Source of the DNA: Octopus sinensis
Lineage: Eukaryota
Assembly (NCBI RefSeq): GCF_006345805.1
Contig: NC_043001.1
Coordinates: forward strand, 73,904,001 to 73,968,000
DNA: 64,000 nucleotides
Direction of reading: 5' to 3'
Shown: positions 1 to 13,700 of the stretch, piece after piece
Position numbering within the stretch: the first letter of the stretch is position 1
Layout of the letters: every line of letters starts with the position of its first letter
The notes under the pieces: model-generated
What the model was told of the DNA's origin: nothing
The model's database searches: none
The model's input: only the letters and a program-made list of their open reading frames with translations
Made by a program: the position numbers and the translations under genes

Positions 1-405
1 ATGATAAAAATATTTATTCGATTGTATGTTTACACATACATACATACATACATACATACATACATACATACATACATACATACATGAGAGCACATAATTA
101 TACCCCGTTTTGTGTTTAAGTATTTAAATTTCCATTTTAATTTAGTGTATATAACATAGTGGAAAATGCATATATATATATAATATATATATATATATAA
201 AACCATTAATCCCGATGCATTTTTGTTCTCTTTCCGTTTCTCTCTCCCTTTTTCCCCCCACCTCCATTTTTTCCTCATCCCTTTCTGTCAGCGTAGGCTC
301 AAAACGTCAAAGACTTTTCCATTTTGCTCTGCTTGTCGATCCCTCACCTGTGTCTGCCTTTTGGTTTTTGTGCATTTAAACTGTGTATACATATATACAC
401 ACCCA

Positions 406-462
<57 letters not shown>

Positions 463-1574
463 GTATACATGCATACACACGCACACACTTCATAGTATAT
501 CTCTTTTTAAAAAATCAAAAATTCATGTTGATTTTCTACAATCTTAACAACTAGCCTCTCACTTTCTCCTTTTTGTGCTTCTCCCTCACTCCTTCCATCT
601 TTATATGCTTCAACTGTTGACTCTATGATATATATGAGGACTACTAAATATCACTATATATTGTGTTTCCTATGCTGTAAATTTGTTTCATGTCCTTAAG
701 TGAATGAAATTTAAAAGAATATTATAGAATTTACATTTACCCTATTGTAAAGGAGAGATAGAGGGTAGATTAGTTTAGTTAGTATCTGAGTACTGTATGT
801 ACTTGAGTGTTGTTTACATAAACAGATTGCGGTAGAGATATCTGAGTACCTAATTACATGTTTTATTATCTTTGAGTCTGGGTAGGTCACATTTATTCAG
901 GGCTACTTTCATTAAAGCCAACCCTTGGAAACTTGTGTAAGAAAACATTGCAGCTTTTCTACTTGAAAAAAAAAAAAAAATCTTGCTGCAACATTGTGTT
1001 TGTATGTATATGTGTGTATTGGAGTGGGGGGTGGGTGTTACCTAGCTAAAAAAAGGATTTCTGTGGCCAGCTTTGTGAGAGTTGAGTTGACCACAAGGAA
1101 GTGAGTGCATCTTCTAAAAACTGCACTCCACCAAATCATGCCAGCCCAAATAAATGTGTTTAAAATACACACACTGGTTTTGAGTTCAGTCCCCGCTGCA
1201 CGGCATCTTGGACAAGTGTTTTCTGCTATAGCCCTGTGCCTTGCGGGTGAACTTGGTAGGGTGGATACAGTGTGGAAGCCCATCATGTGTGTGTGCCTGT
1301 CCTCTTCCTACCAAATGACAACCAGTGTTGGTTTGTTCATGTCCATGTACCTTAGCAGTTCAGCAAAAATAGATTGTTACAATAAGTACAGGGGTCAATT
1401 TGTTCAACTAAACTCTTCAAGGTGGTACTCAAGTACAGCTGTAGTTCAATGACTGAAAGAAGTAAAAAAAAAAAAAAAATGAAAAGAAAAAAAAGAGAAA
1501 AATTTATCATTTTATTGCTTCTTAGTGATTTAGAGAATGGTCATTCATTTGTAGACTCCTTCACATTTTCCTTG

Positions 1575-1985
1575 TGTCAAAAGATGTGGTGGAAAGTGCA
1601 AATAGCCAGAGCATCAAACATTGTCTTTGTTGGACCAGCCATGTCACCAGGATGAACAATGAACAGCTTCCTCAAATCCACTTCAGCAAACTGGCAACTG
1701 GGAAAAGACAAAGAGGTGCTTCTCTTTGATGCTACAAAGATCAGCTAAAGTCATCTATGAAGCAGACCAGCTTCAAGCCCCCAGCTTTTGAGATGACCAT
1801 AGTGAACCATTCCAACTACTGACAAAACATTAACAATAATGTAACATTGTTTGAAAGAGTAAGAAAAGAGGAGAGACAACCGCAATGGAAGGTCTGACAG
1901 CAGCAACCAGGACTGACATGTGGCCAATGCAATCACATTCTGTTCGAAGGTTGACCCCATTAGCCACATTCACCATCAGCATTAA
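1575..1985 (+). mobile_element. Decayed 3' end of an RTE-clade non-LTR retrotransposon (RT C-terminus and terminal Cys/His motif)
   Basis: The frame from 1631 reads WTSHVTRMNNEQLPQIHFSKLATGKRQRGASL*CYKDQLKSSMKQ...LTCGQCNH. This resembles the W.GHV.RM...R.PK...YGEL..GKR.RG.P..RYKD.LK motif of RTE LINEs. It has in-frame stops. Confidence 0.75.
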
Positions 1986-2052
1986 TGGTCCAAATTTTCA
2001 TCCAGAAGAACAAATCAATCCTCAGATTCGAGGAATGGGCCACTGACATATA

Positions 2053-2116
<64 letters not shown>

Positions 2117-2495
2117 AACTTTGGTAAATTTATCATTATTTGACATCTGAAATTAAATAAGATTGTTCTTCTTGTACTGGATTGTGATTTAGTTTCACAC
2201 AGAGAGATTAGTGTTGAAATACTAATTATACAGTTCTTTATTATGGATTTGGGCCCAGTACACTGGTCATATTTGATGAGATGTTACTATCATCCCTTGT
2301 AGAGAAAAAAAAATATGTATCTATATATGTGGCTTATAGCCAATATATTAAATCTCCAAATCTGATACCATTCCACTAAGTAGACAGCAGAGTGGGGATT
2401 CAGGCAGTTATCCCAATTTAACTAATAATCTAATTTAAAATTATCTTAGGATATTTTAATTTATATAATTTTCTTTGGTTGTGGTGGTGGTGGGA

Positions 2496-2800
2496 AGGTG
2501 TAGCTGTGTGGTTAAGAAGTTTGCTTTCCAATCATTTAGTTTAGGGTTTAGTCCCACTGTTTAGTGCTTGAGCAAGTGTCTTCTGTTATAGTCCTAGGCT
2601 GACCAAAGCCTTGTGAGTGGATTTGGTGGATGGAAACCATAAGAAGCTGATCATATACATGTCTATGTTAGTATCTCTTTGTCTTAACATCACATGCTCA
2701 TCATAATCATCACTATAAAAAGAAAAGTGTCTTTCTTGAATCAAGAGCAAGTTTATACCAGAAACAGATGCTAAATAAATTCTTTAAGGAAAGGATATGG
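2496..2800 (+). mobile_element. tRNA-derived SINE, family A
   Basis: Head gctgtgtggttaagaagtttgc...ggtttagtcccactg, then gagcaagtgtcttct...gaccaaagccttgtgagtggatttgg...ggaaac, shared with many copies in the window. Confidence 0.75.
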
Positions 2801-3285
2801 CAGGTTGTGGATGGAATGCAGCTTTTGAGTCATGAATTGTGTGTTGAAAATAATGTTATACTGTATGGATACTGAAGTTTAGAGAGTATTGATCTGGAAT
2901 GGGATTGCTGATTGATTGGTTGTTGGTATTTCTTCATTGTTATTAGTCAGTAGCATTGATTTATTTGGTGGTGATAATTAAAACCAACTTCGTTACTAAA
3001 AAAACACAATCAGCAATTTCATGACAAACATTAACTTCGTTAGAAACACCAGTTACTATCAACATTAGTGTTGTTGATAACTTCTGCACCTTCACCACTA
3101 CTACTACCATCATCACCACTGACAACAACAACTACAACTAACTTATTCCATACACTTATCGGTCTCTATTGCTGCCAAGTCAACACCACTGTCATCGGTA
3201 ATAAACTCCTCATCATTCCATCTCTTCTTGCTAAAATAATTACATCTTTATCTCTGACAGCTAACCTATTCAAAAGGTGCTTATT

Positions 3286-3335
<50 letters not shown>

Positions 3336-4096
3336 TAAACTCATCAATTACTTTTCTCAGGGTTGAAAGCTGCTTGTTATATTCTACAATTGGTCTAGAT
3401 TCCACCATCTTACCATCTTCTGCATTTGCTATCTCCTAAATAATAACAAAACTCTCCTATCTCCTTCTCATGTTTTTATTCTCCTACATTGATGTGGATG
3501 AATATCCTTACTGCAGTCATTTTCATATTCTTAGCAACATTTTAGAATCCATTTGCTAATTAAATATATGCATTTTTCTTCTCCACATTGCACAGCTCAT
3601 TTTATATAATTTCTATCCATACTTTTCTTCTGTGTCACTGTCAGCACATAAACTAACTTCCCTGCTAACACTGCCCTTCTTTCCCCCTTGCTGTTGTTGC
3701 AATGACAGCCTCATCCAACTGTGATCTCCTTTCAAATTGTTGCTATACTCTCTCTGTCCAACTACCTCATTCTTTAAAAACTGTACACCCTCTCTCCAAT
3801 TCCCTCATTCCTTTAAGCATGCCTATATATACTAAGACTTATTTTCAGGCTAAGGGCTAAGTACCCACAAAATCTGACAACAATTGATTTTACTTCAGTT
3901 ATAATGCTGTTTGTAAATATATACAGTAGAAGCCAATTTTCATAATCACAAATAATATTATCAAGGATTTATTGTTATCAAGATTAGTGAGTCCAAAACA
4001 CCTTTAAGTATGATTCCATAGCTGCTGCAAGAATGTTAGCTGGTTATTATTATCTAAATAGCACAATTAGTGGTTTTCACTGCACGTGTGAGTGTG

Positions 4097-4127
<31 letters not shown>

Positions 4128-4619
4128 TCTCTTGTTTTTAATATAAGTGCAATGTCTGAAATTTGAGTGACAGGCTTACTTGGCTGCATCAACCCCAATA
4201 CTCGACTGGTACTTTATTTTATTGCTTCCGAAACATGTAAATTTGAATCAGTGGAATTTGAATGTAGAATGTATATACTCAGAACAAATACTGTAAGGTA
4301 TTTTTTCTGACACCTCTACTAATCCACCATACCTGCAATGCACACAGACATGTGATGAACAGAAGTTAATGTATTCAATGCTCTGTAAGTGACAGGGAGT
4401 ATATACAGAGCAGGCCTCTTAACATCCAATGGTCAGCTGATAAATATGACTGTGCACCAGAGTATTGGCCATGGTACTCTGCCAGATCTCTAGGCATCCT
4501 TACTTTGGCGCACAATCAGATAATCAGCTGACTAAGTGTGTTGGGTGGGGAGGGCACAAATTTTAATTAACAGGCCTACTTCATTAATGCAAAACTTTGG
4601 TTATCAGTTTTATGTGTGT

Positions 4620-4905
4620 GTATGCATGACATGTAAAAGGTACCTCTGCCAGTGACATATAAAAGGCACCTGTGCCAGTGACACATAGGAGGTACCTGTG
4701 CCAGTGACAAGTAGGTGGTACCTGTGCTTGTGACATGTAAAAGACACCCAGTGCACTTTCTGGAGTGGTTGGCATTACAAAGGGCATCCAGCCATAGAAA
4801 CCAAGTCAGAACAAACAACTGGAGCCTGGTGCAGCTCTCCAGTTTACCAGCTCCAGTCAAACAGTCTAACCCATGCCAGTATGGAAAACAGATGTTAAAT
4901 GATGA
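4620..4905 (+). mobile_element. SINE family D with an internal 26-bp tandem expansion
   Basis: aagggcatccagccatagaaacc...aacccatgccagtatggaaa is shared with copies near 6300-6600, 55600-55800 and 58050-58260. Four 26-bp units tgacaNNtaNNNggNacctNtgcNNg lie at 4627-4730. Confidence 0.65.
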
Positions 4906-4929
4906 TGAGAAATGGAGAGATAAAGGAAA

Positions 4930-5860
4930 GATTAAGCTCTTATAGCTGAATCTGTTGAAGATTTAGGAGTTTCAATTAGGGAAACAAAGCCTAAGACTGA
5001 GTGACCTTAAAGTAAACTTAGCAAAAGCTAAAATATTAGAAAGTAGATGAAAGGACCCTGCTGCCATGCTTGAAATGCAGAGAATGAATTAGTAAGAATT
5101 CCATATAGTGTACTCAGTTTAGACTAGAAATGCACAAGAGGTGTAGTGGGATCATAGGAAGGTTAACAGAGATGGTAGACTTCATGTGTGATTGTTGCAC
5201 AGGAAGCAGTAAGCACAAAGAGTTTACTGGAAATAGATTTTCACAAATGTTTGGAAGTCCCCCTAAAAGTAGTTGATAGTTTTTGTTACCTAGGTAGCCT
5301 AATTAGCAGCAGGGTGGTTGTTGTTGTAAAAGCATAGTAGCCTCAATAAGAAGTTGGAAAAAGTTCAAGAATCTCTTATCTCTGATGGTAACAAAGTGTT
5401 TTTACCCCCAGTGTGAAGGACAGATTGTGTGATGCTTGCGTATGTAGTAGTGAGGTGTTGGCCTTGAATATAGAGGATTTGCAAAGACTAGAAAAGATAG
5501 TGTGCTAGATGTTTATGAGGTGAGAGAATAACTAGACATGCGGTAGGTAACAGATGTTGTGTGCAAGACAGAAGCAAACTGTGCTAGCATGGATGTGTGA
5601 TGCATATGAAAGATGACAGTTTGGTAAAGTGTGCTACATATTTAATGTATATGGAATCCTTGACAAAAGGAGATGGAAGAGAGCTTGTAGACAAAATGGT
5701 GAAAGCTATTTTGAAGATGTTACACCACACAAAGGAAATAACAAAGGAGGACCATATCATGTAGCAACACAGTGCTGAAGAAGACTTAGCTGTCTGTGAA
5801 AGTATAGTGAAGCAAACTTTATAAATGCTGGTTGTGATGAAGCACTGGGATGTCATTGAA
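4930..5860 (+). mobile_element. Decayed RTE-clade LINE, RT C-terminal half
   Basis: Frameshifted RTE motifs: ALIAESVEDL, LKVNLAK, KVVDSFCYLGSLIS (ctaaaagtagttgatagtttttgttacctagg), and a MKDDSLVK-type 3' segment. Confidence 0.7.
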
Positions 5861-5959
5861 CCTGTTTGACCATCTCATCTTAAACATTCTCTCTCTCTGG
5901 ACATATGTATATTTTAATTCCTCCATATCACTAACCATCATAATGCCTATGTATAAGGG

Positions 5960-7070
5960 TTGATCCCAGATCTGTTTCTACCCAAATCCTCTATCATCAA
6001 TCACCCTTTCTCTCCCAGGCCATTATTGACATCAATCACTCACTCTCACTACTGTATACTGCCATTATTATCCATTACTCTCTTTCTCTCTCTGTTGCTC
6101 TCCACTACCTACACTCAAATCTCTGTTTCTGCCATCATACTTATTCTCCTGTCACCCATTCATCCCTGGATGGTGAAGGGAACTCTCTTTTTTATTATTT
6201 ATTTTAGTTATGTTGCCTTAAGTGAACTAACGCATCAAGCAATAATAAAGATTCTGTAACTCAATGGGTTACAGGGCAACCTTGCAGATGCTGGTATCAT
6301 AATAAAGTACACCCAGCATATACTGTGTAAAGTGGTTGCTGAAGGAGCAGAGAAAATAGGGAGTTTAGAAAACCTTTTAGTATTGTCATGGTTTGACAAA
6401 TTCTCTTGTGCTGGTTCTGATAAAATACATCCTGTTCATTCTGTAAAATGGTTGGTGATAGGAATAACATCCAGCCATAAAAACTAAGTTGAAAATGGGA
6501 CATACAAATGACACATGGTCCTCTGACCTTTGTAGCAGGCAGTAAGAACCGACTCAGTAATGTTTCCAACCCATGCCAGCATGGAAAGTGGATGAAATGA
6601 GAAATGAGATGAATATCTATAGGTATTTACATGTTTGAATTTGTAAAATGTTTTGCTTGTATGTATGAATACATGCATCCTATTTGCTGTACCACTTCTG
6701 TCCAAGTAACTAGAGATGGCTTTCTCTTGTTTCTCAAATTCTCTCTCTCCTATTCATTGTACCATGCCTACTGTATAATGAGTGAGTGCATTGAACCTAC
6801 CTTCATCCAATCCACCTATCACTATCCTAATCACTTTATCTTTTTGCAAGACATATGTATAAGGAATGTATCAAACCCGTTTGTACACAGGCAATACTCT
6901 GTTGTTCTTTGTACTGCCTGTCACCACTCCCTCTCCTACTTGGGCTATTTGTTCTTTACATCTGTCACTCACTCCTACCATTCTCCAACTCTCCTTGTCT
7001 ACTACTCTCACCCCAATCACTCTGTTTCTATGATCATACTCTTCTCTCTTTTGACCACCCATTTTTGTTC
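5960..7070 (-). repeat. Two related degenerate purine-rich (minus strand) fragments at about 5960-6170 and 6840-7070, possibly LINE 3' remnants
   Basis: On the minus strand both contain agagNagtatgatNNNagaaacagag...gtgagtgaNNgatgt. Protein similarity to a LINE RT tail is weak. Confidence 0.3.
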
Positions 7071-8350
7071 ATCTTCTATTCTCTATCTTGGTCATGTTGC
7101 CTTGAATAAAAAAAAATCACATAAAACTGAAAATTCTCTATTTTTACAGAGAACAAGGAAAATTTATTAGCGCTGGTGTTGCATGAAATGCACCCAGTAC
7201 ACTCTGTAAAGTAGTTGGCGAATGAGCAGATGCAACAAAGGGTTAAGAGGTCTTATTGAGGTCATGACAACCTTTCATGTGTTAGTTCTGCAATAAAATG
7301 GATTGTACAAGTGAGATATGACCCTTTCTGATAATTGTCCTGGCTTGTAATGATTCATCCACTACATGACAGCATGGAAAGTGGGCATAAAATGATGATG
7401 CATATGTGTATGCACATGCTTGCATATGTGTGTGTTCACATACATACATACACATTCAAATATAAGAGAGTATATTTGGTGGAATTGGGTCTAATGTATT
7501 GTAGATTCTTAGTTTATTGACTTGGGAATGGTGAAAGGTAAAGCTGGGCCCCAGTTGGAATTTAAAATCAAAATCTACAGAGATGAAGCTAAATACTGGA
7601 TGATATTTTCAACACTTTGTATTATATAAACATAGGGTTCATAATCTTTGAACACACACATACATGCACACATCATCTCTCTCTTTCTCTCTGATACTTA
7701 ATATTGGTAATAAATTAGATTTTCAATTTATTTACCAAAATATTATTTACCCCTCACCACCACCACCACCACTTATTGGCATTATCATGACGACCACTAC
7801 AACTATTGTCATCACCACTACTACCATTACTACTACTACTACTGCTGCAATCATTATTTTGATCTTTATCATCTTTGGTACCATCATCATACTTTGCTAT
7901 CATTCAGACCAATGAAGCTTGACCTGATTGAAATAACAACCAAATTTCCATCAAATCAGGTGCTGCCTTAATACAAAGGACGCATGAAATAATGGGATCT
8001 AGGTTACACTGCTTGAACCAGATAATGATGATCATCATTATGATAATAAATATCCTTTCTACTATAGGCACAAGGCCTGAAATTTTGGGGGAGGAGACTA
8101 GTCAATAATAATAATATGACCATGGCTTGAATCCCTTTGATCATAGATGTGCTTGATCAGGGCCACCTTGAGATAAACACCAACATCATTATCATATCAT
8201 CGTCTAATATTTAACATGTTACATGACTAAGTATTGCATCTCCAATTGCTTCTCTGAAGTGTGTGTGTGGAGGGGAATGTTTTCAATTATAAATAGCATC
8301 AAAGATTAAGTGTTTCAAATTAAAATGAGCTCTTAATTACATAACTTGTT

Positions 8351-8400
<50 letters not shown>

Positions 8401-8619
8401 ACTCACCCATCCACACATGTGTGTGTATGTATATTTGTAGGTGTGTATGTCTATATAAATGTGTGTGCATGTATGTATATACATATGTGTGTGTGTGTAT
8501 ATTGACAGATAGATAGATAGATAGATATCACAAGAGTGTTACTTAGTGTATATCATATGTGTTAAATTATGTGCTGCCTTGAAATTTTAATTAGCAAAGA
8601 TCCAGTCTTTAATCATTTC

Positions 8620-8915
8620 TATCTTTTGCGCTTGCTTCAGTCATTAGACTGTGGCCATGCTGAGGAAGCACTTGAAGGGTTTAGTCGAACAAATCGACCC
8701 CAGTCTTTATTTTAAAACCTGACACTTATTTTATTGGTCTCTTTTGCCAGACTGCTAAATTATGAGGACATAAACACACTAACACCAGTTGTCAAGTGAG
8801 GTGGGAGGTGAACACAAATGCAAGGACACACACACACACACATCACAAGCTTCTTTCAGTTTGCATCTATCAAATCCACTCACAAGGCTTTGGTTAGGTC
8901 AGAGGTGTGGTAGAA
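8620..8915 (-). mobile_element. SINE family A (reverse)
   Basis: tcattagactgtggccatgc...caaatccactcacaaggctttggtt, the reverse complement of the family A body. Confidence 0.7.
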
Positions 8916-9777
8916 GACCAGAAGTGTCTGGACAGATTGACTTCATGTTTAAGAGAGTAGCTTTGGGTCCCCCAACCATAATTTATGTAAAAGATATGTA
9001 ACCACTGTATTTAAGTGACTTTATATGCAAAGATCTTAAGTTGAAAAGTTAACAGCGACATATGTTATAATGTCTGTGAAAGGATCTGGTACATTATTAA
9101 CAAGCCTGAGATTGAAAGCTTAAAAACAATGATCTTGAATTTGTCCGGCTCAGATCTAAAATACTTCTTTCATTTGATAGAAGAACCAAACTTCCTTGAT
9201 GCTATTTAGTTATTGTTAACATCTTTTGACTTCCTGAAGAGGTAACTAGAGACTGATTACAGAAACCAGTGCCTTGTGTTGGCTTTTGTGGAAGAAAATT
9301 GTGTGTCAGGGACAGTGCTTCCTTGAAATAAATGCTATTACCATTTTTATATTGTTAAACATTAGTTAGTTGTCCCAAAACTCATTGAGGTATGCTGTGA
9401 ACTATGGTTATCTTGTAGGAGCAACTTGCAGTGGATTTATAAGATATTATTCATCATCATTGTTGTTGTTACTTAACATCTATATCTTTTCCATGGGTTA
9501 GACAGTTCAGGCCTATGGGCCAGATGACTGCACTGACCTGAAATGTCTGCTTTGGCATGGTTTCTATGAGTAGATGTCTTTCCTAATACCATGCACTGGG
9601 TCCACTGGCAGTAGTGAGGTCATCAAGTAACTCACAAGACAAGACCCCTTGACAGAGTGGGGGTGTAGTATTGAGAGAAGTGGTTTTATACCAAGTATTG
9701 AAGAGGTGACTCATAGCTTACCCAGCTTGAAAGAGAGAGAAGATGGTGATGTGTCATCTACCTAGAGCAGGGGATGG

Positions 9778-10058
9778 AGGGTTTCTCAACCATATTTTAT
9801 CTATGGACCCCTTTCTTTACTATTTTATTCAGTGTCTAATATTAGAGAAACTTCTTTCAAAATTCCTATTTTGGTTTTCACATTAACTTGTGTAGGTGGA
9901 ACAATGTATACATATCAATGCATACATTTAAATCAAAAGTTTTTTCAGGGGCTCTTAAAATAGTATTGTGAATTTTCAATTTACTATTTTATTACATGCC
10001 CCCCCCCCATCTTATATGAATCCTTAGGGGCCATATGAACCCCAGTTGAGAACCACTG
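9778..10058. mobile_element. hAT-like non-autonomous DNA transposon (MITE)
   Basis: Terminal inverted sequences gtttctcaacc...atggacccc and ggggccatatgaaccccagttgagaaccactg, of the CAGTG(T/G)TTCTCAACC class of TIR. Confidence 0.55.
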
Positions 10059-11801
10059 ACCTAAAAAAAAAACGTAAAAATAAGTAATGAAGAGTGGCAG
10101 GTAGTGTATTTTTGAAGAATGAAGAGGTTTTGTTGGTTGGTAAGGACACCTTAAACTCAAGATATGGCACCACTTTGTATCTAAGGAACTGGTTCTGGAT
10201 GTATTGATAATAATGTGAGTGTGGTCATAGATTCTTGTGGGTGTCTTGGTATATATATATATATGTATATGACATAATAGATCATCTGTGGATCTAAACT
10301 CTGATTATTCATATCATTAGTATTTTAGTTTACAAGTTTTAGCCAACTGCTTTATTATCTGATGCAGGCCATTTCATCATCATGGCCTGCTTTAGCTCTT
10401 ATTTGCAGTTATTGCCCTCTTGGATGGTTGAAGGACCGCATCTCTCTCAAATAGTATTAAAATAATGATAATCATAGAGAGGACGATGATTGGTTGACAT
10501 TATGTGAGAATATTAGCTTGGATACTGTAATTTGGTGGAAGCCATTTCAGTGTAACTATTGATATGGATAAAAGTAGGAAAGAGTAGGTTTGGTGCTGAA
10601 CTGACCTAGTCAGACCTGTTTGGTGTGGTAGTGATGATGGAATGGACCAAGAAAACGTAAAAACAACAGTGACAGTACTTTTCATTGTCAGAGTAGCTTG
10701 ATTAATACACATTTCAATTTTGAAATTAGTAACATATAATAAAATAACTTGACCTACATATCTGCTTCAAGTCTAGAATTACCTGTACAAATATCTTATT
10801 TATTCTGTAGAGTATTCCTCTACATAGTTACTTGAAATCTTGAAAATAATAATGAAATCTTTATCCTTTCAAACTCTGCTATCTTGAAAAATAGTGAATG
10901 ATGTAATAGTCTTAGCACATTGACTATATATAATAAAGGTTGGGGTTGTCCTGGCTGGAATGTCTTTTTATTATAGAGTTAACTGACTTTTAGACAACAA
11001 CAAAAATGGTGATACTATTGAAAAATATCTTGAAGAAGGAGTAGTGCTCATGAAATTGCCATTCATGTTTCTCTTGAACCATCAGGTGACAACTTTGTGT
11101 GAAAGAAGTTCCAATGAGGAATGTTCTGATGAGTGAGCTTAGTGATTAGCTCAATGTTTTTAAAGCAGGTGTTAGAAGCAACAAAAATAATGAGAGGAGG
11201 AGAGACAAATAGGTAAGAAGGCTTGAATGGAGATGGGTATGTATGAATCCAGCTAGCTTTGAGGAGTCATTCATTATAGTAGCAGTAGAAAAGGTCAGAG
11301 GCTGGACCCTGTTTGTGAATGACTTAGGTTTGTTTTATGGAAGTGAGTAGCCATAAGAAATTTTTCAACTGTAAACTTTTGCGCTTGCAAAGTTTATTTT
11401 TACAATTGTAGGAATCAAATATATAAATACAGTTAGTTACTCAAAATAAATTTAATTTTTCCTTAATTTAACAGTTTCTGAAAAGAATGTAAATGAAAAT
11501 AGCCTCTGAATCTTATTGTGCATGTGCAATCACACAGCTGTTATGTACCACCATCTGTATGCATGTAGTTGTATCATATTGATATATTTTAAACATTAAC
11601 CTATATATTGAATAAATAAAACTACAACCTAGCTTTTATATAAATTGAAAAGAAAGTGAATTTAAAATATATATTTTTTTTTTACCCCTTTTAGAAGTTC
11701 CTAATGTTGTTTACAAATTTAACATTGATTTCTTATCCTGATACTTGGTCAATGGTCCAGATATGAACTGGTTTTAATTGATAAGTTTAATACTGTGTAT
11801 G

Positions 11802-11839
<38 letters not shown>

Positions 11840-12149
11840 TGCTTTGATGCATTGTAAAAACTGTGTATCAGATATAAAATAGCTATTGATTCGTTAGAAT
11901 GTTATTCAGTACATAGTTGGCACACAGCTTCTTATTTGAATACTGGATATAGAACTAAGATACAAATTGTTGTTAAATAATTTTCATAGTTTTGTACAGT
12001 GGTGGATTATATTGAAGACGTTTATTGTAGTGGTCATTGCTCTGGAATATCAATGAAATGTGAGTATAATCCCTCTGAATTATTAGATATATATAATACT
12101 CTTTATGTTTGTTGGCCTATCAGGGATAGTCACTGAGAACTGTGCAATA

Positions 12150-13700
12150 CATGTTAGCATAGAAAGTACATGTACAATAATATTGATGACGATAATGAAA
12201 ATATTTGACCAAGTAAAACTTAAGCTAGTCGTCTACATAGTCATCTACTTAGAAGTATAGGGAGATAACAGTGTTATCATCAACGGCAGTTACAGAGGTA
12301 TGGAACTAGTGGACCAAGCAATGAAAGTATCAGTGTTTCAGCACAATTGATTTGGAAGAGAAAATTTAGATGTGATGCAGTTTTGATTTGTGCCAGGTAG
12401 GGTTACTTCTTGTGATTTCCTTTTGTAGTGAGATAATTACAGTAAAAACTTTTAGCTAAGAGTAAGCCCCTCTACCTAGCATTTGGAGCAGGCTTTGATA
12501 AGGTACTCTTTATCTATAGTTTGGTGATTCCTATAGATGAATGGTTTATGAGAATAGCACATGTCATATAGAGAAATGTAGTCAGCAAAGTGTGAGTTGG
12601 CAATGAGTTTAATGAGGAATTTAGTGCTCTGGCACCTTTCAAGGCTGTTCTCAGCCACCATCTATATTATAGTTCTTCAAGCTATAAAAAAGGATGCACT
12701 GATAACCTCATTCTTATAGCAAAAAACTTCCTGCTGTGGAAACGAAGTCCAGGATTGAGATGCCCCAGAGAAGACTTAATTTAGACTTGAAAACTAAAGT
12801 TTTAGTTAATAAGATAGATGACGGAACCCTGCTGGCATCAAGGAAATGGTTGTTCTTTGCAGAGAGTTGGAAATTCCATACAGTGTAGGTATAGTGAGTT
12901 CAAAAACAAGCTGACCATGAATGAAGGCTTTATATGTGCCAGAGCACCATCATTATTGTTTTAATGTTCATTTTCCCATACTTCCATGGGTCAGATGGAA
13001 TTCTGTGAGGCAGGTTTTCTACTGCTGGATGCCCTTCTTACCACTATCCTTCACATGTTTCCAAGCAACATAATATTTCCTTATGGGTAGGCATGTTTTT
13101 CACAGAACTGAAAATGAACACCATTTGCTTCTTTGGTAGTGATATTTGTTTGCAGCTATCATATGATGTCAAGAGAAGAGTACACACACACATATGCATG
13201 ATGAGCTTCTTTCAGTTTTCACCTACCAAATCCATTCACAAGACTTTGTTCAGCCTGAGACTATAGTAATAGACACTTGCCCATGGTGTTGTGTTGTGTT
13301 GCTGAACCCAAAACCATGTGGTTGTGCAGCAGTTTCACTAGTAAAATGAATTCTTTTTAATACTTGGAAGGCTCTGTAAAAGTAGTTGATAGCTTCTGTT
13401 ACCAAGGTAACCTAATCAGTTAAGGAAAAGGATGCACTGAGAGTGAAGTAGCCAGAATAAGAATAGGGTAAAAAAAACAGTCTCATGAGCTGTTACCTCT
13501 GCAGAAACAAAATGTTCTTTCTCTCAACGTGAAAGGTAGATTGTATAATAGTCATGCATAAACAATGATGATATATAGTAATGAAACTTGGGGACTGAAT
13601 GTAGAGGATGTGTGAATGCTGGAAAGAAAGGAAAAAGGCATACTCTGCTGGAAGTGTAATGTTAGGTGTATATGAATGACAAAAGGCAAAACCATCCCCA
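12150..13700 (+). mobile_element. Decayed RTE-clade LINE reverse transcriptase, interrupted by a SINE
   Basis: Frameshifted motifs in RT order: YRGMELVDQAMKV, KLLAKSKPLYLAF..QAFDKV, IDEWFMRIAHVIYRNVVSKV, QG.VLS, DNLILIA. After the SINE it resumes with gtaaaagtagttgatagcttctgttac (VVDSFCY) and VKGRLY. Confidence 0.72.
12950..13330 (-). mobile_element. SINE family A nested in the RTE LINE
   Basis: ttttcacctaccaaatccattcacaagactttg...gacacttgcccatggtg...gaacccaaaaccatgtggttg is the reverse complement of family A. LINE sequence flanks it on both sides. Confidence 0.7.

Noticed and set aside
4627-4745. Regularly spaced 26-bp repeats resembling a CRISPR array
   Set aside because: The units are contiguous with no unique spacers, lie inside a eukaryotic SINE, and there are no cas genes.
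10080-11340. Minus-strand stretches faintly like CR1/L2 3' ends (about 10080-10260 and 11130-11340)
   Set aside because: They are too degenerate to support a call by eye.
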